This document shows positions 1 through 9,367 of a stretch of DNA of 64,000 nucleotides, in pieces; position 1 is the first letter of the stretch; the number at the start of each line of letters is the position of its first letter. This DNA is from an uncultured Holophagales bacterium. Its GTDB lineage: Bacteria > Acidobacteriota > Thermoanaerobaculia > Multivoradales > UBA5704. The translations under genes and the position numbers were made by a program. A model generated the notes under the pieces. That model was not told the origin of the DNA. It was given only the letters and a program-made list of their open reading frames with translations, and searched no databases. Location of the stretch: NCBI GenBank assembly GCA_963842525.1, contig CAWJGT010000003.1:1376001-1440000 (forward strand). Reading direction: 5' to 3'.

Positions 1-310
1 GGGTGTCACTGTTGAGCAGCACCACGTCGCGGTCAGAGGCCACCATCCCGCTGTTGACGGCGGCCACGAACCCCTGCCGGTCCGGGCTCTCCAGGACCAG
101 CACGCCGTCCGGCCCATCCCGGCGCAGCCCGTCCACCAGCTCGCCTGTCGCGGCCGGCTGCGGCCCGTCCACCACCACCACCAGCCGGTGACGCGCCAGG
201 TCCGTGTGGGCCAGCAGGCTGCGGACACAGCGGGAGAACGCCTCCGCCGCGCCGCTCACGGGCACGATCACATCGACCGGACCGGCCGGCCGGTCGGGGG
301 GACGCGAGAC
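1..310 (-). CDS. Glycosyltransferase family 2, N-terminal part (runs off the left edge; start codon uncertain)
   Basis: Not in the ORF track. Manual minus-strand translation gives PVDVIVPVSGAAEAFSRCVRSLLAHTD...QGFVAAVNSGMVASDRDVVLLNSDT, which has GT2 motifs (VIVPV, GF..AVN.G, LLNSD). Confidence 0.8.
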
Positions 311-423
311 GGATCTCCCTCCCAGGACAGCGGAGCAGGGCGCATTTGTGGGCAGGCTATCACGAGCGCGCTCGGTTCCGGCTTCACAGCGAGGTGGCTC
401 GGCCCTTGCTATAAGCTTCCGGC

Positions 424-1416
424 ATGATGAGCGACCACCGCGAGATCCGTACCGTCTGCATCACCGGGGGAGCCGGTTTCATCGGCTCCCATGTCGCCGA
501 TGCCTGCGTCTCCCGGGGCTACCGGGTGCTGATCCTCGACAACCTTTCGGGCGGCCGGCGCGAGAACGTCCCGCAGGGTGCCGAGCTGCACGTCCTCGAC
601 ATCCGGTCGCCCGAGGCGGCTCTCCTGGTGCGCGAGTCCGGCATCGACGTCCTGATCCATCACGCCGCCCAGATGGACGTGCGGCGCTCGGTCGAAGACC
701 CGGTCTTCGACGCCGGCGTCAACATCCTCGGCAGCCTCAACCTGGCCGAAGCGGCCCGTACAGGCGGCGTCCAGCAGATCGTGTTCGCGTCCACCGGCGG
801 CGCCATCTACGGCGAGCAGGACTTCTTCCCGGCCACCGAGGACCACCCGGCGCGGCCGATCTCCCCGTACGGGGTGAGCAAGCTCTCCTTCGAGCGCTAT
901 TTATTCTTCTACTTTACGGCCTACGGCCTCGACGCCACCTGCCTGCGCTACGCCAACGTCTACGGCGAGCGGCAGAACCCGCACGGCGAGGCGGGAGTGG
1001 TGGCCATCTTCCTCAACCGGCTCCTCGCCGGCACCGTTCCGACCATCAACGGCGACGGTCTCCAGACCCGCGACTACATCCACGTCTCGGACGTGGTCGC
1101 GGCCAACCTGGCGGCCCTGGGCCAGCCCGGCTACCGCATCTACAACGTGGGTACGGGGATCGAGACCACCGTGGTGGACCTCGACAAGGCGCTCGCCCGC
1201 GCCGTGGGCACCGGCGCCCAGGCCGGCCACGGACCCGCCAAGCCCGGCGAGCAGAAGCGCTCGGTCATCGACGCCGGGCTGCTGCGCGGCGAGTTGGGCG
1301 TGGCGCCGCCGATCTCTCTCGCCGAGGGCCTCCAGCGCACCGCCGACTGGTTCCGCGCGCAGAGCGAAGCGGTCGCGCAAGAGCAAGCGTTTGCTTCCGC
1401 AGGCCCGCGTTCCTGA
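424..1416 (+). CDS. NAD-dependent epimerase/dehydratase (UDP-glucose 4-epimerase-like)
   Basis: TGGAGFIGS Rossmann motif, STGGAIYG, YGVSK (YxxxK), RYANVYG, GDGLQTRDYIHV. Confidence 0.93.
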   Translation: MMSDHREIRTVCITGGAGFIGSHVADACVSRGYRVLILDNLSGGRRENVPQGAELHVLDIRSPEAALLVRESGIDVLIHHAAQMDVRRSVEDPVFDAGVNILGSLNLAEAARTGGVQQIVFASTGGAIYGEQDFFPATEDHPARPISPYGVSKLSFERYLFFYFTAYGLDATCLRYANVYGERQNPHGEAGVVAIFLNRLLAGTVPTINGDGLQTRDYIHVSDVVAANLAALGQPGYRIYNVGTGIETTVVDLDKALARAVGTGAQAGHGPAKPGEQKRSVIDAGLLRGELGVAPPISLAEGLQRTADWFRAQSEAVAQEQAFASAGPRS

Positions 1417-1455
1417 CGCGGCCTCTCTTCTTTTTCACAATCATCCTTCCGGACA

Positions 1456-1484
1456 GGAACTTTCCGGCGACCTCGTGTGTCTAA
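1456..1484 (+). promoter_or_regulatory. ECF (sigmaE-type) promoter upstream of first tonB
   Basis: GGAACTT (1456-1462), 16-bp spacer, GTCTAA (1479-1484). Matches the sigmaE-type consensus and is conserved in front of the paralog. Confidence 0.7.
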
Positions 1485-1575
1485 TCGAGACAAGAGGGGG
1501 CGCCCCCAGGTAAAACCCCTCACCGACAGGAAGTTGGGTGAGGCCGATCAACCTGCTGATACTGGGAGGTGCGAA

Positions 1576-2352
1576 ATGTTCGAGCACTCACTGATCGATC
1601 TGGAAGCGAAGAAGCGGCCCCGTCGTCGGCGTTGGATTTCCTTTCCAATTGCCATCGGTTTCCACCTGGCCATCATGGCTTCTGTCCTGCTCGCGCAGGC
1701 CTGGAACGTTTCGGAAGTTCCGGAGCCCGATGTAAACGTCGTGTTCTTCACCACGGCACCTCCGCCGCCTCCGGCCGCCGCTCCCGCGCGGGCCGCCGCG
1801 CCGACCCGGCCTGTGCAGACTGCCCAGGTGCCGCAGGTCAAGGCGCCCGTCGTACAGCCCGACGACGTGCCGGACCAGACGCCTGTGCCCGTGGCCTCGC
1901 CGATCGTGGCGGATTTTGCGCCGACTGCGGACTCCGGTCCTGGCGTGCCCTGGGGAGTGGACGGCGGTGATGGTGACGGCGACGGCGACACGGTCGGCGG
2001 CGATCCCGATGGCGTCCCGCACAGCATCGGCGAGCCCGAGCCGAAGGTGGAGGCCAGCCTGCCCATCCGGGTCGGCGGCGCCGTGCTGCGGCCCACCTTC
2101 CTCTCGGGCCCGCAGCCCCGCTACACCGAGACCGCGCGCAAGGCCGGTGTCCAGGGCGTGGTGATCCTCGAAGCGATCATCGACGAGCAGGGCCGGGTGA
2201 CCAACCTGAAGGTCCTCAAGGGCCTGCCCATGGGGCTCGACCAGTCCGCCGTCGAAGCCGTGAGCCAGTGGCGGTACCAGCCGGCCACCCTGGAAAAGCG
2301 GGCGGTCAAGGTCATCTTCACCCTGACCGTCAATTTCCAGCTCCAGCGCTGA
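1576..2352 (+). CDS. TonB family energy transducer (N-terminal TM, Pro-rich linker, TonB_C)
   Basis: GGGAGG RBS then ATG at 1576. TM with His (IAIGFHLAIM), PPPPP linker, C-terminal PQPRYTETARKAGVQGVVILEAIIDEQGRV...WRYQPA. Confidence 0.9.
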   Translation: MFEHSLIDLEAKKRPRRRRWISFPIAIGFHLAIMASVLLAQAWNVSEVPEPDVNVVFFTTAPPPPPAAAPARAAAPTRPVQTAQVPQVKAPVVQPDDVPDQTPVPVASPIVADFAPTADSGPGVPWGVDGGDGDGDGDTVGGDPDGVPHSIGEPEPKVEASLPIRVGGAVLRPTFLSGPQPRYTETARKAGVQGVVILEAIIDEQGRVTNLKVLKGLPMGLDQSAVEAVSQWRYQPATLEKRAVKVIFTLTVNFQLQR

Positions 2353-2367
2353 GCCGCTGCCGCTGCA

Positions 2368-2410
2368 AAGCAGCCCCGGGCCCTCCTCCCAACCCGGGGC
2401 TGCTTCTTTT
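2368..2410 (+). terminator. Rho-independent terminator
   Basis: AAGCAGCCCCGGG / CCCGGGGCTGCTT stem followed by CTTTT, just after the tonB stop. Confidence 0.8.
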
Positions 2411-2444
2411 CCTTCTCCCTACAAAAACATTTTCAAATCCCGCA

Positions 2445-2473
2445 GGAACGTTTCGGCGCTCTCGTGTGTCCAA
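2445..2473 (+). promoter_or_regulatory. ECF (sigmaE-type) promoter upstream of second tonB
   Basis: GGAACGT (2445-2451), 16-bp spacer, GTCCAA (2468-2473). Spacer shares CTCGTGT with the first copy. Confidence 0.65.
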
Positions 2474-2493
2474 TTCGGCAAGGGAGGTGCAAA

Positions 2494-3288
2494 ATGTTCG
2501 AGCACTCGCTGATCGATCTGGAAGAGAAAAAGCAGCCCCGCCGTCGTTGGACCTCCTTGCCGATCGCCCTCGGCCTGCACCTGGCGGTCGTGGCGACCGT
2601 CGGATTTGCCAATGTCTGGCAGGTCGACGAGAAGCTGGCGGATCCCCGGATTGTCGACCCCTTGCGGTCGGAGCGGCCGGTGCCGGTGATCTTCGAGGAC
2701 GCACAGCCGCCCCAGGGTCCCAAGACTCCAGTGCAGACCACGGAGGTGGTGAAGACCAGGAGCGGGCCGGTCCAGCCGGACGAGAAAACCGTACCGGAGA
2801 AGGAGCCCGGGCCCACCACGACGATACCGGCCGTGGAGGACCTCACGCCGGCCACGGACGCCAGGGGTGACAGCTCGCTCTCCGGCACGGACCCGCGCGG
2901 CAAGGGTACTGTCCCGGGCGGCGATCCGGACAGCGACAACCTGACCGGCGGCCCGAAGGTCGCGCCGGAAGAGGCCGAGCCCGAGGTGAAGAGCGTGGCC
3001 ATCCGGGTCGGCGGCGCCGTGAAGCGTCCCGAGCTCCTGTCCGGCCCGCAGCCCCGCTATTCCGAGCTGGCGCGCAAGGCAGGCCTCCACGGTGTAGTGA
3101 TCCTCGAGGCGATCATCGATGAGGAAGGCCGGGTGACCAACCTGGAGATCCTCAAGAGCGTCTCCAGGGAGCTCGACCAGGCTGCCCTGGACGCGGTCCG
3201 CCAGTGGCGCTATCAGCCGGCCACTCTGGAAAACCGGGCGGTCAAGGTCATCTTCAACCTGACCGTCAACTTCCAGCTCCAGCGCTGA
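2494..3288 (+). CDS. TonB family energy transducer (tandem paralog)
   Basis: GGGAGG RBS, ATG 2494. Same start MFEHSLIDLE and near-identical TonB_C ending VNFQLQR. Confidence 0.9.
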   Translation: MFEHSLIDLEEKKQPRRRWTSLPIALGLHLAVVATVGFANVWQVDEKLADPRIVDPLRSERPVPVIFEDAQPPQGPKTPVQTTEVVKTRSGPVQPDEKTVPEKEPGPTTTIPAVEDLTPATDARGDSSLSGTDPRGKGTVPGGDPDSDNLTGGPKVAPEEAEPEVKSVAIRVGGAVKRPELLSGPQPRYSELARKAGLHGVVILEAIIDEEGRVTNLEILKSVSRELDQAALDAVRQWRYQPATLENRAVKVIFNLTVNFQLQR

Positions 3289-3296
3289 GCCAAGAG

Positions 3297-3328
3297 CAGC
3301 CCCGGGCCCTCTTTTCAGCCCGGGGCTG
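3297..3328 (+). terminator. Terminator-like hairpin homologous to 2368-2410
   Basis: CAGCCCCGGG / CCCGGGGCTG stem right after the stop codon. Confidence 0.6.
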
Positions 3329-3338
3329 GGCTTGTGCG

Positions 3339-3395
3339 TTGTCGAATCGCTACGACGTTTTCCTGAGCCACAGCAGCGGTGACAAGCCTGAGGAG
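3339..3395 (+). pseudogene. N-terminal remnant of a TIR-domain gene
   Basis: TTG then SNRYDVFLSHSSGDKPEE, the typical TIR_2 first strand/helix. Similarity is lost after ~3395. Confidence 0.55.
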
Positions 3396-5099
3396 TCGTC
3401 CGGCCCGAGGGCCCAGGCCAGGGTCTCCACAACCCGCCGGTTGGTAGCTTTGTCCTTGACCGCCACCCGGAGGGCGTGGCGGCCGAGGACTGCGCTCGTG
3501 GCCCCGCTGTCGCGCAGGAAGACGCCACGGCTGCGTGTGCGCTCGCAGATCAGGGCCGCGTCGGGTCCCTGCCGGGCGAGGAGGCAGAGGACCCAGTTCG
3601 CCACCCCGGTGAGGATTCTGGCCGCGGGGAGAACCCGCTCCAGATCCACCGCGAGCCTCTCCCGCAGCGCCGCCGTCTCTCGGTAGCACCGAGCGTAGTA
3701 GTCCGGATCTCGCAGGGCGGCCACCGCCGCTACCTGCGCCGGCAGGCTCACGGCCCAGGGGGGCGTCAGCGCCCGCAGCTCGCGGGCCAGGACAGGAGGG
3801 CCGCAGAGATAGGCTGCTCGGGCGCCGCTCAGCGCGTAGACCTTCGACATCGATTTGCAGACCACCACGTTGCCGCTCGCTGCCGCGAGCTTCTCGACGG
3901 ACTCGCCGCTCCCTGCATAGTCGATATAGGCCTCGTCCACCCAGACGCGGGTGCCGGCCGGCACATCGCGGAGGAGCGGCGCCAGGGTGGCATGAGGGAG
4001 GATCTGCCCGGAAGGGTTGTTGGGGTTCACCAGGACGACGAGGTCATACCGCGCGCCGCCGCAGGCGCGCCAGCAGCTCCTCGGGATCGAGGCGGTAGCC
4101 GGCGGCCCGGGAGAGGCGGAGCCGGTCGACCCGGCAGCCGATGATCCGTTCCAGGACATGGGCGTATTCGCCGTAGGTCGGGTCGGGCAGGAGGACGTGC
4201 GATGCCTGGGTCAGCCACTGGCGAAAGGCCAGGAACACCAGGCTGGAGGAGCCCGCGCCCAGGGTCAGCGATTCAACGGGCACTCCACGGGCCTCGGAGA
4301 GGGTCCGCGCGAGGCCGCGCCCGTCGGTGGGCGGCGATGTGCGGAGGAGCCAGGGGAGATGCTCCGCCAAGGCGTGCAGGGCGCCCGGAGCCGGTGGGAA
4401 CCAGGCGTCCAGGACGTCGGCGTTGACGATTTCATCCTTGCGGTCCAGCGTCTCGAACCTCTCGCCGATGGCCTCGAAGAAGGCACCGCCGTGGAAACAG
4501 GCCTCCTCCTGGAAGGGGACGTCCAGCTCCCAATCGATGGACGGGCGGAGCCGGTGGAGCAGGGGCGTGAAGCGGGCCGCGCAGGTCCGCAAGTGGGAGA
4601 CCGTGGCGGTCATCAGCTCGTAGGTCACACGGCCCGACCGGGCTTGCGGCCCCAGGGGCCTGAGGCCGGCCTTGCGATAGAAGCCCAGCAGCTCGCGGCG
4701 TCCGATGGCGACGATCCTGCTGCCGCCCCTGGATTCGATCAGGCGGAGGGCTGCGTACATGAGGAGAAAGGCCAGGGCGCGGCCCCGATGCCGGGACGGG
4801 ACTGTCAGCAGGCGGACCTCCCAGAGGCCTTCGTCGAAGGCGAAGGGCAGGTCCTGGCGGGCGAAGTACTTGTCGATGGAGTAGCCGTCCCGGCCGGGAG
4901 GCGTCAGGCTGACGAAACCGGCGATCTCACCGTCCTCGGCGGCGACGACATACTCGTTGAAGCCGTCCAGCGCGTCGCGAAGACGTCCCTCGTCGTTGGT
5001 CGAATGCTGGCCGAGCTCGGCGGCATAGACCGCATGGCGCAGTCGGTAGATGGCCTCGCGGTCGGCGCTGCTCGCCAGGGCAAGCCGCAGAGGGGGCAT
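3350..5099 (-). CDS. GNAT acyltransferase fused to class I/II PLP aminotransferase (HisC-like); one frameshift near 4060
   Basis: N-part AIYRLRHAVYAAELGQ...EVRLLTV..HRGR (GNAT). C-part HGG, PTYGEY, VNPNNPSG, VDEAYIDY, KSMSKVYALSGARAAY. Two ORFs join at ~4055-4065. Confidence 0.82.
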
Positions 5100-5283
5100 A
5101 CGAGAGATCGTAACACCGGCATTCTTGTCGAGCGAGACAGGGGAAGCGGTAGGCCGGGAGGGCGATCCGGAACGGTCTTGACTGAAATACTCTTCCCGTC
5201 TAGAGCACTTACCGTCAAGACACGGTGGAAGGTCCAGATCCTCGTCCGTCTCACACAAGGCGGATCGACGGGAGGAGGGTGCT

Positions 5284-8200
5284 GTGGACGGAGCCCGCTC
5301 ATCGGGTTGGATGCTCTGGGTGGCTGTGCTGGCGCTCATCCCCGTGGTCGGAGGGATGCGAGGGGGCGGCACGCCCGGGGCTCCCGTCAGGGCCGAGGAG
5401 AAGGGGGCTGGCGAGGCGCGCCAGGAGCCCAAGGAGCCGGCGCGCCCGGTGTCACCCTGGGATGGGCCGGCGCTCCTGGTCTCGCGGCTGACGGGTGAGG
5501 TCTGGGACGGGAAGGGTGACGGGCGCGAGCGCTGGCTGGGGCTCGCGGCTCAGGTGAAGGCCGCTAGGTTCAAGCGCTTCGATCCCCTGATCGCCCTGGT
5601 CCCCTGCCCCGTCGACTCCAACCTGGCCGCGGATTTCGACCAGGCCCTGTCCGCAATCCAGGAGGCCTACGCCGACGCCGGCTATCTGCTCGAGGGGTGG
5701 TGGCTCCCCTGGACCGGCGATCCCGAGAAGGACCGGGTGCGCGAGCAGGCGCCCGGCCTGCTGATCTTCCGCCGGTTCAGTCGGCCCGAACGGGCCGCGG
5801 TGCTGGTAGTGGGGGAGGTCCCGGCCGAAGGCATCCATCGGGCGACCTTCCGCGAGGCGGTCCGCGGGATCCGCCGCTGGGCGCAGGATTGGGAGCCGAA
5901 GCGCCCGGTCACTGTGCGGGTCGTGGGGCCGACGCTGTCCGATTCAGCCCTCTCGCTGCGGCTGGCCATCCTGGAGCTGAAAGACGAGGAGGCGGCGCCC
6001 ACCTTCGAGGTCGTGACCGGCTCGGCACGAGCCCGGCGCGTCAGCGATCGGAGGCTCTGGCGGGCGCTTCGACCCGGGACGAGCTTCCACAGCACAGTGG
6101 TCGGGGAGGACGAGCTGCAGGTGCGGGCGCGTCTCTTTCTACAAGGGCAGATGCATTGGAACCTCGACGAGATCGCGCTTCTCACCGAGTCGGACACTGC
6201 CTATGGCCAGCCGTTCCTCACTCCCGAGAACCTCGAGAGCTCGGTGCTGGTGCGCTTTCCGCCGGGGATCGCCGGCGTGCGCAATGCCTGGGACCAGGAC
6301 CAGAGGCCGCCGCAGCCGAGCCCGGGCCAGGGAATGGTCCAGGTCCCGGAGACCACTCTCGACCTGCGGCTCGGCGATCGCGGCCGGCCGGTCCTGGTGC
6401 CGGAGCTGAGCACGACCACCGCGGCCAGCCGCGATCTGGCGATCGCCAATCTGCTGGCGACCCTCTCGGATCGCAAGATCCGCTATATCGGGATCCTGGC
6501 CCACGATGCCCGGGATGCCGCCTTCCTGGTCGACCGCGTCCGCCGGTTCGCCCCGAGCGCGCTCGTGTTCCTGGTAGAGAACAATCTGGTGTACACCCAC
6601 CCGCGGCTGGGGCCGACGATGAACGGCACACTGGTGATCGGCAGCTTCCCCCTGTTCGCCGGCGAAGGGCCCGACGTGCCCGCCCCGTTCCAAGAAACGC
6701 CGCGCCAGTACTTGAGCCAGTTCACCAGCGACCTCCACCAGGGGATCTACCTGGCGGCGCGACGCCTGATCGCCACGTCGCGCGGAGAGCGGCCACCCGT
6801 CGAGCGGAGACAGGTCTGGGTCTCGGCGGTCGGCAACGGCTCGCTCTGGCCGATCGCAGCCCTCGACGGGACGATCCCGGGTGAGATCTGCCCGCTTCTC
6901 CCCTGGTCTTCCCAGGCGGCGGGAGCTGGAAGGCTGTCGGAGCGGGCCAGCACCAAGCTGTTGGTGAGCGCCGTGGTGATCCTCCTGCTGACCCTGTTAC
7001 TGGAACGTTTCGCGAACCCGCCGCGCATCGCGGGCCCGCGCGCCTGGTGGCTCCTGGCCGCGGTCGCCTCCTTGCTGGGGCTGGCCGTCGGGATGCTCGT
7101 GGTCCTGGGTACGCTGCCGTACCGCCGGCTCAATGTGCGGCTCGGCGGCGAAGACCTGAAGCAGGCCGTGGCCGGTCTGCTCCTGACGGCGACCGCCGCG
7201 GCGCTGGCGGCGATCGTGGCGCGCGTCTTCAGCCGCGAGCAGACGAAAGCCCGTAGGCTGGCGCTCTTCGGCGGCGTGGCCCTGGGCGCTCTGCTCGTCC
7301 TGTTCGGGATCGATCAGGCGCTCTGTCATCTCTGGTTCCTGGGCCGTTTCGAGCTCTTCCTGCGCCGCGCCTTCACCCTGTCGAGCAGCCTGTCGCCTCT
7401 CGTCTCGCTGGCCTGGCTCGCGGGCGGCTTCTATCTCTGGGCGTTCATCGAGCTGCGACGGGCGCGGATGCAGGCACGGCAGAGAGTCGACTGGCCGGGC
7501 TCGGGCCCGACGCTGCCTTCGTTCGAGCGCTGCCGCGCCGAGGCCGATCAATTGGAGATGCTGCTCGACGGTCCCTGGCCGCGCTGGACCGGGTTGCGGT
7601 CCCTCTGGGTGCTGGTGCTGCCGATCGTGCTGTTCGCCTGTCTCAACTTTGTTGCGGTGCGTCCGGTGACCGAGCCGCGGGCCTACGGGCGCCTCTTCCT
7701 GTTCCTGCTCGGTTTCACCTTCTTCCTCGGCTCGTATTCCTTCTGCCGCTTTCTCGCAGCCTGGATGACCCTGCAGAGGATCCTGAGCCAGATCGCGCTG
7801 CCGCACCCGCCGCGCGGCCTCGACAAGGCGCTCGCCGACCTGGTGAGCTGGAGCCCTATGAAGTCGTTCGGCTGGCAGATCCCGCATTTCAGGATGGCCA
7901 CCCTGGTCGCGGACCAGATCCGCTCCCTGGCAAAGAACGGCAAGCTCTCCTCCGGCCTCCCGGCGCGGACCTCGCACGCGATCGAAAGGGCCGTGGCGGC
8001 GCAGCGTGACCGTGCGTTCGAGTCAGAGATCCAGGCCCGGGACGAGCTGCGGACGATCCTCGCCGAAGCCGATCGGGAGCTGAAGGGGTGGCGGGTCGAA
8101 GATCCCGACGTCGAACGGTTCGTGACGCTGCGGCTCGTCGCCTACATCCGCTACGTCTTCGCCCATCTGCGCGGTTGTCTGATCGCCGCGGGCGCCTGCG

Positions 8201-8517
8201 GGTTCCTGCTGTTGGCCGCGGCCTCGACCTACGCCTTCGAGCCCAACGAGTTCATTACGAACTGGATCTGGACATCGCTCCTGGTCGCGGTCCTGGTCAC
8301 GCTGGTCGTGTTCCTGCAGATGGACCGCGACGAGGTCCTGAGCCGGATCAGCGGCACGCCGCCGCAGAAGATCCAGGTCAACCGCCAGCTCGTCACCAAC
8401 TTCCTGACCTATGGCGCCGTGCCGCTGATCGGTCTGATCGCCTCTCAGTTTCCGCAGGTGGGCCGCTATCTGGTCGGGCTGGCCAATCCGCTCCTCAAGG
8501 TGGTCGGCGGTCCGTAG
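5284..8517 (+). CDS. Large uncharacterised membrane protein (extracytoplasmic alpha/beta domain plus many C-terminal TM helices)
   Basis: 1077-aa ORF with genome-like codon usage. N-terminal hydrophobic anchor, soluble region to ~aa 550, then numerous hydrophobic segments. Confidence 0.75.
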   Translation: MDGARSSGWMLWVAVLALIPVVGGMRGGGTPGAPVRAEEKGAGEARQEPKEPARPVSPWDGPALLVSRLTGEVWDGKGDGRERWLGLAAQVKAARFKRFDPLIALVPCPVDSNLAADFDQALSAIQEAYADAGYLLEGWWLPWTGDPEKDRVREQAPGLLIFRRFSRPERAAVLVVGEVPAEGIHRATFREAVRGIRRWAQDWEPKRPVTVRVVGPTLSDSALSLRLAILELKDEEAAPTFEVVTGSARARRVSDRRLWRALRPGTSFHSTVVGEDELQVRARLFLQGQMHWNLDEIALLTESDTAYGQPFLTPENLESSVLVRFPPGIAGVRNAWDQDQRPPQPSPGQGMVQVPETTLDLRLGDRGRPVLVPELSTTTAASRDLAIANLLATLSDRKIRYIGILAHDARDAAFLVDRVRRFAPSALVFLVENNLVYTHPRLGPTMNGTLVIGSFPLFAGEGPDVPAPFQETPRQYLSQFTSDLHQGIYLAARRLIATSRGERPPVERRQVWVSAVGNGSLWPIAALDGTIPGEICPLLPWSSQAAGAGRLSERASTKLLVSAVVILLLTLLLERFANPPRIAGPRAWWLLAAVASLLGLAVGMLVVLGTLPYRRLNVRLGGEDLKQAVAGLLLTATAAALAAIVARVFSREQTKARRLALFGGVALGALLVLFGIDQALCHLWFLGRFELFLRRAFTLSSSLSPLVSLAWLAGGFYLWAFIELRRARMQARQRVDWPGSGPTLPSFERCRAEADQLEMLLDGPWPRWTGLRSLWVLVLPIVLFACLNFVAVRPVTEPRAYGRLFLFLLGFTFFLGSYSFCRFLAAWMTLQRILSQIALPHPPRGLDKALADLVSWSPMKSFGWQIPHFRMATLVADQIRSLAKNGKLSSGLPARTSHAIERAVAAQRDRAFESEIQARDELRTILAEADRELKGWRVEDPDVERFVTLRLVAYIRYVFAHLRGCLIAAGACGFLLLAAASTYAFEPNEFITNWIWTSLLVAVLVTLVVFLQMDRDEVLSRISGTPPQKIQVNRQLVTNFLTYGAVPLIGLIASQFPQVGRYLVGLANPLLKVVGGP

Positions 8518-8555
8518 GCGCCAGGAGCATCCGCGTTGCGATAAAGTCCGCGGGC

Positions 8556-9314
8556 ATGACGATCCGGACCGAAGACGAGCTCACGAGCCTGCAGACGGTG
8601 GGCCGCATCGCGGCGGAGGCTTTGGAGGCCATGCGCCGGGCGGTGCGGCCGGGGATCTCCACGGCGGAGCTGGACCAGATCGCCCGCGAGGTGCTCGACC
8701 GGCATGGGGCGCGGTCGGCCCCCGAGCTGGTCTACAACTTCCCGGCGGCCACGTGCATCAGCGTCAACGAGGAGGTCGTCCATGGCATCCCCGGCCCGCG
8801 GGCGCTGCGGCCCGGAGACGTGGTGAAGCTGGACGTCACGGTGGAGAAGGACGGCTTCATGGCGGACACGGCCTGCACCGTGGTCGTGGAGCCGCGCGGG
8901 TCGGTCGCCCGGCGGCTGGCGAGCTGCGCCAAGCAGGCGTTTTCCGCGGCCCTGGCCGTGGCGCGCGCCGGCGAGCGCGTCAACCGGGTCGGCCGGATCG
9001 TCGAGGACACGGTGCGGTCGCAGGGCTTTTCGGTGATCCCGCAGCTCTGCGGCCACGGTATCGGCCGCACCATCCACGAGGCGCCGGAGGTCCCCAACGC
9101 GTACGACTTCCGGCACCGGAGCCGCTTCGAGGAGGGGATGGTCCTCACCATCGAGCCGATCATCGCCAGCGGCACGGGCGAGGTGGTGACCGCCCTCGAC
9201 GGCTGGACGATCCGCACCCAGGACCGCAGCCTGGCGGCGCACTACGAGCACACCATGGTGATCACGCGCGGCCGTCCGCTGATCCTGACTGCGCTCTCCT
9301 CAGCGGCTGTTTGA
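8556..9314 (+). CDS. map: Type I methionine aminopeptidase
   Basis: [49 protein letters not shown]. Confidence 0.95.
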   Translation: MTIRTEDELTSLQTVGRIAAEALEAMRRAVRPGISTAELDQIAREVLDRHGARSAPELVYNFPAATCISVNEEVVHGIPGPRALRPGDVVKLDVTVEKDGFMADTACTVVVEPRGSVARRLASCAKQAFSAALAVARAGERVNRVGRIVEDTVRSQGFSVIPQLCGHGIGRTIHEAPEVPNAYDFRHRSRFEEGMVLTIEPIIASGTGEVVTALDGWTIRTQDRSLAAHYEHTMVITRGRPLILTALSSAAV

Positions 9315-9367
9315 TCTGTACAATCAGTTCGAGAGATCCCAGTTCCTGACAGCAGGGCAGTTTCTGT

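Noticed and set aside
5175-5221. GTCTTGAC / GTCAAGAC inverted repeat between divergent genes as an operator
   Set aside because: Only 8-bp arms 31 bp apart with no convincing -10 elements; too weak to call.
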